Part shown: in pieces, positions 13,255-24,173 of the stretch
Numbering within the stretch: position 1 is the first letter of the stretch
Layout: every line of letters begins with the position of its first letter
NCBI GenBank assembly: GCA_009602725.1
Contig: WELB01000006.1
Span: 1,069,035 to 1,133,034 of the forward strand
Length of the DNA stretch: 64,000 bases
Direction: 5' to 3'
DNA from: Spirogloea muscicola
Lineage: Eukaryota
Program-made: the position numbers and the translations under genes
Notes under the pieces: model-generated
Seen by the model: only the letters and a program-made list of their open reading frames with translations
Database searches by the model: none
What the model was told of the DNA's origin: nothing

Positions 13255-14560
13255 GCACAAATAACTGCCTCTTTGCAGACTGTGCTCCTCCTCGTGCTTT
13301 CCCTAGAAAAGAAGAAGCCATCCCTAACCAAAAGAAGCCAATGACAAGGGGCCAAGCAGGATGTAGGACAATGGTCCATATACTCAGCATCTGCACATTG
13401 GCTAGTAGGTGCAGACTGAGGACAGCACCCCAGGCTCGTCAGCTGCGAACTGCTGGCTTGGCTGGATGGCAAAGCAGCCTTCATGGCAGGCCAACTTGAA
13501 GCGAAGAGGCCGCCAAGAAGCAAGCAGACTTACGCAGGCCCAGCCCTCTGGCAGCTGTGCAGGCCCGTTGAGGGCGCCAAGGGACACAGTGGTCTGCCCT
13601 TGGCCATGCTGTCTGTAAAGCGGCGCAGTGGGGGCTTCCCTGCCCAGTGCTTATGCCAACAAAGCTTTACTATAGCTGCAAAAAGCATCACAATTCTTCA
13701 CACACCTGGAAGCTCTGACGCTCAGCCAATATCATGCAACAACTCTTGGCTACATGTGACAGTGAGTCGGAAAATGAGATGCCCGTGGGAAGTACTCACA
13801 CGTAACGAGCTGTGTCAACAAGTTTCCTTTGAGGTCCACCTCTCCCAGGGCCAGCGCAGCTGGTCGTTGCATGAGGAGCTGTTTGCAGAGCTGCCGGCTG
13901 CCTAGGCCACCTCTTGGAAAAGCTGGGCAATCCGGCCGGTCGAAGGAGCGAGGACAGGGGCTACCACCTCACATTACAGGAGGTGGATGGCTGGCACTGG
14001 TGAAAGCGAGCATTTGCCACCTCCAATTAGAGGAGCAATGCGCACACTAATTGCAGCATGGGAAGAGGCTCCATCATCCCACTCGGGCACGGCAACCGCT
14101 TAAGCGAAGGTGCTATCATGTGCATCCAGCGCTATTGTAAGCAAGAGCTCAGTCCTGCTACCCAGGTACAGAAGAAGTCCAGAATCCGCGGTCTGCTGCA
14201 GCTGCAATGCCCCAGCAGGGCCAGGGGAGGATCCTGGACAAGTGGTAGTATGTCAAGCATCGGATAATGTGGGCCATCAGCTCAGCTCTTCCCAGAATCT
14301 TAGTTGCAAATGATTTTGCAGCTTAGATTCTGTAGACCTTCCTGCAGATGCGATCCAGCTAAAGGCAAAGGCAAATCACGTCCAGCACCTGGGAGCACCG
14401 GATCAAGTGGCAAAGCGGCTCAATCAGAGAGCTCACCGTCTGCTGACAATCCCTGCAAACGTCGCCTGCTGCCCAGACCATCCGCAGCAGAATGTCCGGC
14501 AGGTATGCGACCGTGCCACGAGTCACTTGGTCGAAGGATTAGCGCTGCCTCTTGTCTCTG
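13255..14560 (-). other. Possible degraded or unrecognised spliced gene with a C-terminal TM segment
   Basis: Exon-like blocks bounded by AG/GT, e.g. QLCKQLLMQRPAALALGEVDLKGNLLTQLVT and MLSIWTIVLHPAWPLVIGFFWLGMASSFLGK. One block contains a stop; no family recognised. Confidence 0.25.
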
Positions 14561-14788
14561 TCAGGAGATCCATCAGCGCGAGCGTCGGCAGCACTGAGCT
14601 GCGCAAGCTGCTCCGTCCGCTGGCGAAAGCGCAAAGCCCAACAAGCCCAGCGCTCTCAGTCTGCCGGCCCAAAGAAGCCCCGGCTGTCGTAAAGCCCCTG
14701 CAATGACAGCCTCAGTGCAGCTACCGGCTACGGCAGGCGGAACAGATCAACACAAAGGCAGGGGCCGGCAAGAGCTTCGAGCGCGCAC

Positions 14789-15081
14789 CTCTCGCACGGC
14801 CTGCCGCCGCTCGGCCTCGATGGCCGTCACCTTGTCATCTGCGGCGAGAAGGGCACCGCGACCAGGCCGGCGGTCAGTCCGGCGGCGGCGGCGGCGGCCT
14901 CTCGCGCCAGCGATTCTCGCAGGCGGGCGAGCGGGATCGTGGCGGCCGCCGCTGACTCACAGAAGCCGGTCTTGATCATGAAGAGCTCCATGGCGGCGCC
15001 GGCGGTGAAACACACAGCGGCCAGCCCGGAGTACCAGCGCCAGCCCTGGAGCTGCGGCGCGGCGGCGCCGCCCGCTGGCAT
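14789..15081 (-). CDS. Small mitochondrial single-TM protein, SMIM4/UQCC5 (UPF0640)-like; 3' end unresolved
   Basis: MPAGG...WRWYSGLAAVCFTAGAAMELFMIKTGF|YDKVTAIEAERRQAVRE across an intron at about 14839-14960. Confidence 0.65.
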
Positions 15082-15588
15082 GCTGCGCCGCCGTCGGCGG
15101 CGCCGGCCGAGCTCGCCGCCCTTTTGCGGCGGCTGCGACGGCGGCGGAGGCGCCGTGAGTGGCGGCGGAGGAGGCGGGGCCACCTCCGGAACCCCTAACC
15201 CTCCACGCCAGCGGCAGGCCAGAAACCTAAACGANTCTCTCTCTCTCTCCCTCTCTCTCCCTCCCTCTCACATATTGGCCTTCCAAGAGCCCAAGTGCGA
15301 GACAATCTCTGGCCCCCCTCTCTGCTCCCTCTGCCCTCCCCCTCTTGCGGCCAGCTCCTGGTCCCCTTCCATGTACTGGGAGCTCGCTCACCCTCAGGTG
15401 ATCGCCCAGGCAACCCGGAGCGCGGTCAGGACTTACCTGCACACAACGTGACTGGGAAAACAGTGGGCTGAGTGGGGGGACTGGTCGGAGACCCCCTCTG
15501 CCGAGGCCCAGCGCAGGCACGGACGTTGCTGCCGCACGGGTGCGGCAGCAACGGGCGTGACTTGCAAGCGGGCGTGACTTGCAAGCCC

Positions 15589-17152
15589 ATGGGGGGCTAT
15601 GACGATTGCGACGGTGGCAAGTCGGGCGTACAGCACCCACCAGATCATGCGACATCGTCGTCGTCACCATCATCATCAGCAGAGCGGTTGGCAGCGCTCG
15701 CTGCGGCGAAGCTGCGCCGCCGCGGCCTCCGATACCAGCACCTCATTGAGGGCCTGCCGTGGGTGGAGCGCCACGAGGTCGCCCTCCTGCGCTACCCCGC
15801 CGCCGCCAGCAGCGGCCGCGCGGTGCCCGCCTGGCTGCAGCAGGCCGCCGCTTGGTGGGCGGCACTGTGCAAGCTCCACGGCGGCCTCACGCGCGCCATC
15901 CTTGTCTCGTCTGCTGCCGGCACCCTCCAGGTGATCAGCCGCACCACGTCAACCTGCACCGAGTAGCGGTCACGACTAGCCGTCTCTTGCGCCCGTGACT
16001 GGTCCAGCTCGTCGTATCCTGTCGTCAACCGCAGCCTGTTCAGGGAAACTGCCTGCACTCCTCCATGGCACGCCGCGGCTGCAGGCGGCATACGGCAGCT
16101 GGAGCATCACTGGCGCAGCGCTCGCCGCACTCCTCTCCTACTGGCTCTTCCGCTCCCGCACCGTTGTCAAAGGCAGGCCCCACCCAGCCCTTGTCCAGTC
16201 TTGCTGCACCGCCGTCGTCAATGCTCACGTAGCCCAGCTCTCAGCGTGTCATGGGGCTCCTGCTGCAGCATGGCTTGGCCGTCACGCAGCAGACCATGTC
16301 AGCAAGTATCGGGCCTCGTAAGGGATGCAGGTTGTCTCAGCCAGTTGCACACGCCACCCTATGCTGACAAGCTCGCAATGCTGCTGCAGAATCAGTCGTA
16401 GTCCTCCACGCCCTCGGCATCCAGCTCGAGGCTCACCACCGCAGGTTGGTGACCACCCTTGCCTCCCATCGCACAGCCCACCCTGGCGTACAGTGCTGTC
16501 ATTTCTATAAAAGATTCCTGAAGTCCCGAACCTTCTCTTTCAGGTATAAGACTCCAACAACCTGGACCTCAAGGAATGGTCAAGGACAATACCAGCCACT
16601 GCGTGCTTGATTGCTCGTCTCCTGCCAAATTGTCCGCAAGCTGCGGGTCATAAGCTCACAAGATGCTGCCGCCTGGGCCGGGGACTGCAGCGGGTGGGTG
16701 AAGCGCCACTTCGTCCCCTTTGAGCTGCTGGCTGCGGTGGTCATCAACGAGGCCGTTACGCCCACAATCTGCTACTTCTACCTCGCACTCCTCATCGTCC
16801 GCGAGGACCACCTGCTCCTTGCCTTCCCTGTCAGTCTCTGCAGCAGACCCTGCAAGCTGGCTTTCTCAATGCTGCTCGACTGTCATCCCACTTTGCTATC
16901 CATTAAGAAACTTGTTGACATACGGTACGGTTGATGATTGTTTTGGCACCACAACATGCCCCTATCCCCTATATATCTAGCTGCTCATGGTGCGGAGTCC
17001 TAGTTGGCCTAACGCCTTCTTGTGGGTCTTGGCAGGTCACGAGGCCGCCCTTGGAGGTACTCGTGCCCGTACGAAACTCGCTAACCGCTGCGTTGAGCAG
17101 CGCTTCAGGAGCCCTAAAGCCCAAGCACCGTGCTGGAGACCGCCTATACTGA
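15589..17152 (+). CDS. PIGH: GPI-GlcNAc transferase subunit PIG-H, 5 exons
   Basis: TM helix then TVVK|ESVVVLHALGIQLEAHHRS|GWVKRHFVPFELLAAVVINEAVTPTICYFYLALLIVREDHLLLAFP|VTRPPLEVLVPV, the PIG-H signature. Confidence 0.85.
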
Positions 17153-17292
17153 TAGACAGCACAACCGGCGACCAGATTGTAGCACGGCATGACCGCGCGT
17201 ACCATACTACATCTAGGATTGCTAATAAACAGCCGGCCATTTCTCCTGGCTGTCCATTTGCTATTTTACAACATTATCTATGATTGTCCAGG

Positions 17293-18829
17293 TTATTGTT
17301 CTCGTTTGCCCAAATCCTGCAGCGGAGGTGGGGTCTCAGGTGAGTAAAAGTACTGGAGGGTGAGTAGGAGGAAGACAAGTGTAAGCAGCGCCAGCTTGGC
17401 CCACTGCACATCCTCCACCGTGAGGCCCTCTGCAATCGTCAGGAGGACCAGGCATGCAAGAAAGCCATACAGCTGCTTGCGCCACTTGGCGCCCACGGAG
17501 GTCCTTGCGGCTTCCGCCACCTTCTTGGCCTCACCCTCGATTGCGACCTTTTCTGCCACATTGCGATCCTTCCAGGCCTGCAGCAGCATGACCAGGCAGG
17601 CTCAGGATTCTCTGATGATCCTCTTGCAGCAGCTTTACAACAACCCCATCTGTGCAGTACACCATTCTTCGAATTCTAGACTGATACCTCAATCTCTTGG
17701 ATCAAACCTACCCGCCTCCTGGTCACATTGATCTTTGTTCGAAGCGGTGCAATGCTATCAGCGGCTGCTTTGCCAGCTTACTAATTCTTCTCAACCATCT
17801 AACGTAGTTATAAGCCAGAGCCCAGAACAGGTTGGTATCCATGCTTGCCTTAGTGATGACCAAGCCCACAGTGGGGATGGCCAGCTCACCGTGAATGGCC
17901 GGTAGAGGCCCTTGAAGAAGAGCCCCTCCGAGCGCGCCTGCTCCACACCTCGCTCAAACGCGTCCAGGTCACCCTCCCTAGCCTCCAGCTCCTGGCGGGC
18001 TGCCGCCAGCTCTGCCTCAAAGTCCTGCGTGTCCTTTTCCATCTGTTCCAGTACCTGTGTGGCAGCTCGGTGCGGGCACAGGCCTTCAACATCTCGTTCA
18101 AGCAACAGCATCACCGGCATTTGTAAAGCCGGCCCCAGACCACCTACCGACTAGGCATTGCAAACAGTTAAAACAGGCTGCTCACATAATGATGTAACGG
18201 CTTCCAATGAGCCCAATGACAGCCCTCAGCTGCTTGTTGCAATGACTTGCAGTTGGCAATACATCAGTGGAACATGTACTTCGAGACAGGGCTGGTATCG
18301 TGCTTAGGGCTCAGAGACTAACTCTCACCTGTAAACGGAAATTTATCAGTGGAATGTGTGCTTTGACAGGGCTGGTATCGTGCATAGGGCTCAGAGACTA
18401 ACCCTCACCCGTAAGCCTAACTCCCTCACTCTGAGACCCAGACTCAAGGCAGAGGAACCTCACGCGGGAGCCAGCCTCGTCCATGCCACGCAAGGCCTCG
18501 CCGCGGATGCGCTCGTACTCGGCGCCCGCGCCCTCCACAATGTCGGCCAGGGCCTTGGACTGCTCGTCCACAAAGTCCGACACCCGCAGCTTGCCAGACT
18601 GCAGGCGGATCATCTCCACCAGCTTCCCCTGCACGGCCTCGCTGCCAGCCGCCTCGCCGCTGCCCTCCGGCGGCAGAGCCGCAGCACGCAGCAGCCGCCT
18701 GCGAGCCAAGGCTGTCCGCCGCCTTGCCCCGGCGCTCTGGCGGCTCCCCAGCAGCGGCGGCAGGCGAGTGCCCACAACTCCGCCCTTGCTGCCGTAGGCC
18801 GACGCCGCAAGCTCCAACGAGGCGGCCAT
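17293..18829 (-). CDS. Conserved uncharacterised plastid-targeted coiled-coil protein with two C-terminal TM helices (3 exons)
   Basis: Transit-peptide-like N-terminus; KLVEMIRLQSGKLRVSDFVDEQSK; ARSEGLFFKGLY; two hydrophobic segments in the last exon. Confidence 0.75.
18263..18414. repeat. ~72-bp diverged tandem duplication in an intron
   Basis: atcagtggaa...gacagggctggtatcgtgc(t/a)tagggctcagagactaa(c)..tcacc.gtaa at 18263-18334 and 18345-18414. Confidence 0.9.
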
Positions 18830-19099
18830 GGAGGCGCCAAGCGTGTTGCCAAGCTCCGCGCAAGCGCGGCCAGCAGCAAGACACACTATGCTAGGCAGTG
18901 GTCAAGAAACCTGCCGGCTTGTGGGAGACGTCCAGGGAGGACCGCTGAGCGGCCATGTCGTCGGCCCGGTAAGCCTCCCTACCGTCAGAGCTCACATTTG
19001 CTGGCTTCCGCCGCAGAGCGCAAGCAGATGCGCGCGCACAGCAGGTGCTCGAGGACTGAGACGGTGCACTGACTCTTCGGGAGCACGATACAGGCATCG

Positions 19100-19280
19100 T
19101 CGGGGCTTATCTTATCTACTCACAGCTCCTCGCTACCTTTTGGGTATCCGGGCATCGATTTACGACCTTTTGTGTGTTGGCCCGTGGTTACTGAGCGGGT
19201 CGATTTGCAGTGGGTGATGGACTTCATCAGATGTACTTGCCTTTTGTCCTTGGCCACATTGGCCTATGATTAATCTCATC
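19100..19280 (+). mobile_element. 3'-terminal fragment of CRE-like retrotransposon, subfamily B
   Basis: cccgtggttactgagcgggtc (RGY*) and the UTR gatgtacttgccttttgtccttggcc match the copies at 60720-60960 and 61492-61985. Confidence 0.7.
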
Positions 19281-19439
19281 CTTGCATTGATTGATTTATT
19301 ACTTCTCTCTAAATTAACCTAAAGTTGTCCCTTGGGACAGCAACACTCGCGTGTCTACGGGTCATGTAGATTGTTGGCCGCCGCCGCCGCCGCCACCCCG
19401 GGACGCCGCTGGCGCCGTCGCCGGCGGCGCCCGCCATGG

Positions 19440-22130
19440 GGCTCACGGCGAGCAGGCCCCCTCCCGACCCGGCCCNNNNNNNNNNNNGACCCGGCCCCCA
19501 CCCCCGCCGCCGCTGCCCCCGCCGCCGCAGCTCCCGCAGCCGTCGCGCCGCCATGCCGCGGTGCCGCCACAGCTCCCGCAGCGGCAAGAGGAGGTGGTCC
19601 TCGACGCCGCAGCCCTCCGCAGGGTACTCCAGAGCAGCCGGCGTGCAGCCGCAGGGGGCCACTCCCACATGCTTACGGAGCACCTTCGTGAACATTTCTT
19701 GGAGAGCGAGGCCTCCGACTTCCAGTCGCTGCTCCAAGTGTGTCAGCACGTGGCCAGGGACAAGGTGCCTGCAGCTACCCGTCCGGTGCTCTGCTCCAGC
19801 ACCCTGCTCGCCATTGCCAAGGCCATTTACGGAGTCCGTCCCATCGTCATTGGGGAGGCCCTGTACCGACTGGTGGCCTGCACGCTGTGGCAGCAACGCT
19901 TGGGGCAATCGCAGGCCCACCTTGCACCCCATCAATGCGGCGTTGGGTTGCGAAGCGGCGGGGAGGCCGTCATCCACGGCGTCCGCGCGGCCCTGGACCT
20001 CCATCCTTGACTGGATGGTCCTGGCGGTCGACGTGCAAAACGCTTTCAACAGCGTGGAGCGCAGCACCGTAGCCAAGGAGCTGCGGGATGCCTTCCCTTC
20101 CCTCCTGCCCTTCTTCCGCCTCGGCTACGGCCAGTCCAGCACCTCCTGTGGTGGACTGGGAGTGGCGAGGTTGAGACGCTGCAGTCGCAGGCGGGCACTC
20201 GCCAAGGGGATCCTCTGGCAGGCGTTCATTTTGCGCTGGATCACAACCGTGCTCTCAAGGCCACTGCGGCGGCGCACCCCGATGTCCTCCTGCCAACCCA
20301 TGCCGACGACACCACACTGGTCGGCAGCCCAGGGGACGTGTTGGCAGCCACCCGCCACCCTCCGGCAGCAGTTGGCCGCCCTCGGCTTGTCGATCAGGGC
20401 CGGGAAGTGCGTCGCGTGGTCTCCTAGGGGCCTTCCTGTTCCCTTGCCTCTGCCCCAAGGGTGCCAGACTCCTCCGGGCGGCCTCACCATATTGGGGTTC
20501 CCCCTCGGCATGCCATCTTTTGTGGACAAGCAGCTGCGCGCCCAGCTCCAGGAGTACCTCTGGCCGGCGGCCCGCCTCTCTGAGCTGCAGGACATGCAGC
20601 TGGCCCTGGCTATGCTCACCCAGAGCATCTTGCAGCAGCCCCAGTCCCTTGCGCGGACTGCCCCCTCCCTGGCTCGTAGTTCTGGCGGCCTATGCCACAT
20701 TCGACACCGGCGCCCTGGAGAGCGTGACGGCCATCATCCGCCACACGGGCTTCCTCACGTCTCCAGCTGCTGTGCACCAGGCCACTCTGCCCCTCGGCCA
20801 TTTCGGCCTCGGCTGCCACTCGCTCGCCCGCACCTGCAGGCCAGCGTATCTCAGCAGCTGGGCACAGGTCGCTGCGTCTGTGTCACAGCGCTTCCTCCTC
20901 GATGGGTGGCCTATATTGCAGCAGGCGTTGGCGGAAGTGGAGACTGGTTTGCTGCCCTTTCAAGTGGCCCTGCGCTCGGCCCACCACGCGTTACTCGCCG
21001 AGCACCCAGCCCTGGCAGGGAGCGCGGTCCCCTTTGCGCACTTGGCCCACTCCGCCGACTTGCGGGCGCAGGCGCGGTAATGGCTGAGCTCGACAAGGCG
21101 GCCTTCACGGGCACGCTGCAGCTACTCCCCCCAACAGACGTGCGCAGGCATGCCCGGCTGCGGTTGGCATCCTCCCCTAGCGCGGCGGCCTGGCTCTCCG
21201 CTCTTCCGCTCTTCGACGCACTGAGGATGCCGAACGAGCTCTTCCGTATGGCGGTCCATCGCCTGCTGGGACTCCCCCCCCCCTGTCTTCTGAAAGTGCT
21301 GCAGTGCGAGTGCAGGGGATGGTCGGCGGATCCAGCGGAGCTAGCGGCTCACGTCATCCGTTGCGCAACCGGAGGCGAGCAAACCGCTGCCCATGTCCTC
21401 CTCAGGGATGCCATGTTCGGCATTTCCTGGAGGCGGGGTACACTGTCGCGTTAGAGAATACTTCCGTCATGCCAATCCTGCAGAAGTCCATCCGACTTCT
21501 GCAGGATTGGCATGACGGAAGTGTTCTCCAGCGCCACTGTACGCCACCTCCAGGAATATGCCGAATATGGCAACCCTGAGGGGCAGCAGTGCCCTGCGGT
21601 TGGGCAGCGGAGGACGTGCGCCGCCAGCTCCGCTGGATCCGCCGATCGGTCCCTGCACTCGCACTCGCCCGGGCCAAGGAATTGAGATGTGCAGATCACC
21701 CGCGGGAGGACGAGTTCTTCCCGCTCGCCATCGACGTTCACGGGGCGTTTGGAGCTCGGTGGCTCGAGCTTCTCCAGCAGCTCTCGCGCAGCGCTGTATC
21801 CCGCCGGTACCACAGGGAGCAGGCCGACTTCACTGCAGCAGGCTCTCTCGCGCAGGTGTTTTGCATGCGCCTGTCAGTCTCGCTGCAGAGGTCGATGGCA
21901 CGCGCGCTGCATCTGCGTGCCGGTCACGCATTGGCTGCAGCCACTGGCCCTGGCCTGGGGACCCGCTTTTCGGAGACTAATTTCTCCATCCTGTGGCTGT
22001 CCAACAGGACTTACTGAGTGTTTCGTAGCTACTTGACCTGTGCGCTTTAGCACCTTCCTTGGCCCCTTCGAACTTTGTTCAATCTTGTCTCTGGGCTGGC
22101 CTCTCACAGCCACCGCTCTCTCCTGGAATC
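19440..22130 (+). mobile_element. Degenerate non-LTR retrotransposon, CRE-clade-like (RT + CCHC zinc knuckle + restriction-like endonuclease), frameshifted
   Basis: LAIAK..GVRPIVIGEALYRLVA; HQCGVGLRSGGEAVIH; VDVQNAFNSVER; GTRQGDPLAG; HADDT; LSIRAGKC; ATLPLGHFGLG; AWLSALP...FRMAVHRLLGLP; CECRG..HVIRC; FFPLAIDVHGAFG; RLSVSLQRSMA. Several frameshifts. Confidence 0.9.
21303..21665. repeat. Long imperfect inverted repeat (arms ~170-185 bp, 5-nt loop)
   Basis: 21460-21488 and 21494-21522 are perfect reverse complements; similarity continues out to agtgcgagtgcaggg / ccctgcactcgcact. Confidence 0.95.
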
Positions 22131-22147
22131 AAGCAGCTACGAAACAC

Positions 22148-22560
22148 TCAGTAACCCCTGCTAAGCAGCCGCAGGTTGGAGAAACTGGGCTCCTGGTAGC
22201 GGATCCCCTGGCCAGGACCAGATGCTGCAGCTAGGGCACGACCGGCACGCAGATGCAGCGCGCGAGCCGTGGACCTCTGCAGCGAGACGGACAGGCGCAT
22301 GCGGTACACCTGCACGAGCGAGCCTGCTGCATGGACATCCACCGGCTCCCTATGGTATTGGCGGGAGATTGCGTGACGCGAGAGCTGGTTGAGCAGCTCG
22401 AGCCACCGAGCGCCCAATGCACCGTGGGTGTCGATGGCGAGCGGGAAGAACTTGTCTTCCCGCGGGTGGTCGGCGTACTTCAACCCCTTGGCCCCTTGGC
22501 GGCGCAGGCCACCGCATACCCAGCCTTGGAGGCACTGTGCGTGGGGTGAGTGCAGTCGTA
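22148..22560 (-). mobile_element. 5'-truncated CRE-like copy (endonuclease C-terminus)
   Basis: AKGLKYADHPREDKFFPLAIDTHGALG...RMRLSVSLQRSTARALHLRAGRAL...LRLLSRGY*. Confidence 0.9.
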
Positions 22561-22689
22561 GGAGTCGGTGGTCACCACGTCTAGGATGAGATGCGGCCCG
22601 CCAGCCACCGCCCTCTCCTGGAAGCGTCTTTCTTCTCCTGGAAGCGTCCTTTCTTCTTCTCTTTCCGGATGGACTCCACACTCGGTGGG

Positions 22690-23710
22690 TCGACTTGGTG
22701 GCCACCATGCCGGGCGGCCAGCACGTTATCACCGATTTGGTTACCACTGATGTGGTGGACCCCACCGGGGCTTTCTGCCTCGAGGGCTGGCCTTGCTGCT
22801 GCGGACGCCGCTCGCGGCAAAGCGACGAAGCACGCAGACCATCCGGCATGGGACGACTTCGTACCCCTGGCTGTGGATGTGCACGGGGCTCTCGGGTCAC
22901 TGTGGCTCGACCTGTTGGCCCAGCTTGCGCTGCACGCTGTGTCCCGCAGGCGAGGTGAGCAGGCCGACTCCAACGCCGCTGGCTAGCTAGCTCAGAGATC
23001 TACAGTATGCGCCTCTCCATCTCCCTCCAGTGGTCCATGGCCCACGCCTTGCACCTGCGTGCTGGCCGTGCCCCAGCTGCAGCCGCAGACTTTCGTCAGG
23101 GGGATTGCTTTCCGGCTGCTAGTCTTTGGCATTGCGGCTCCTCACGTGGTTACTAAAGTGATCCATCCTACCCAAACTCTGAGCCAGCGCTTTTGGCCCC
23201 TTCGGACTTTGTCAATTCCTTTTCGGGCTGGCTGTTCACAGCCCTTGCCCCCCTTTGGGAGAGCCACTTCTCACAGCCATTGCTGTCAATTTGGAAAGAG
23301 CTATTTTCTGTGGATATCCAGCCCGACAAAAAAGACGAGGTCCGTAGACCGGGTCTGCCAGGGGCGATGCCCGGCTTCAACGCCGCCGGTTCGCTCGCAC
23401 AAGTCTTCCGCATGCGCCTGGCCGTATCGCTTCAACGCTCCCTTGCCCACGCCGTCCACGCGCGCGCAGGCCGTGCTATGGCCGCCGCCTCTGGGTCACG
23501 GCGGAGTGCCTCTTTCCCTGCAGCGAGCTACTCAGACCTGATGTTGCTCACTCGTGGGTACTGAGCTTCCCTCTGCATCGTTTCTGTGTTCTGCGGTGTT
23601 TTGTAGTGTAGTCCTTTCTCCGACTCCTCTTTCTTTGGCTTTGGACATTGTCCATTCTTTATTGGGCTGGCTTTGCCAGCCCCTCTTCTCTATGGGCGCG
23701 CACTTCTTTC
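22690..23710 (+). mobile_element. Two tandem 5'-truncated CRE-like copies with 3' UTR stem-loops
   Basis: KHADHPAWDDFVPLAVDVHGALG...SRGY* (to ~23157) and GFNAAGSLAQVFRMRLAVSLQRS...LLTRGY* (to 23564). Hairpin gggctggctttgccagccc at 23664-23682. Confidence 0.85.
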
Positions 23711-23712
23711 GT

Positions 23713-23841
23713 AGATATCACTGAGCAATCTCAGATTAGCAGCCGCCAGTCAGCAAGATTAGTGCGACAATGTTGACGAGGTCCAAAGATGTCACTTAGT
23801 GACCTCAGATTAGCAGCCGCCGATCAGAAAGATGAGCCGCG
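23713..23841. repeat. Diverged ~54-bp direct repeat upstream of VPS13
   Basis: agat.tcact.ag....ctcagattagcagccgcc...cag.aagat.ag at 23713-23766 and 23787-23841. Confidence 0.8.
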
Positions 23842-24070
23842 TACATTGCGGCGCTGGCAGTCTCCAACCGACGAGCACACTAGGGCAGCTCTCACGGCGC
23901 TCCTCCCAACGGAGGCCCCCGTCCAAGTAAGCGACCCTACACATGGAGCAGCTCCCGTTTCCAAATCAGTCCCGTTGCCGTTTTCCCTTCCCAGCCGTGA
24001 CGTCTGCGGCCGTACGCACGTCCCATGGTCATGTGAACACCCCCAGTCGCGCTGCTGCAGCAGCTCCCCT

Positions 24071-24103
<33 letters not shown>

Positions 24104-24173
24104 AGGGCGGGAGCTGGCGGCGGCCATGGCGGCGCCCCGCGGGGGCTGAGATCGGGCCGCGGCGGCGGCGGCA

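Noticed and set aside
23640..23710. 3' module as an HDV-like or hammerhead ribozyme, or as a SECIS recoding the invariant UGA
   Set aside because: I could not fit the nested double pseudoknot, the CUGANGA/GAAA core or the AUGA..GA quartet; only a two-stem hairpin is supported.
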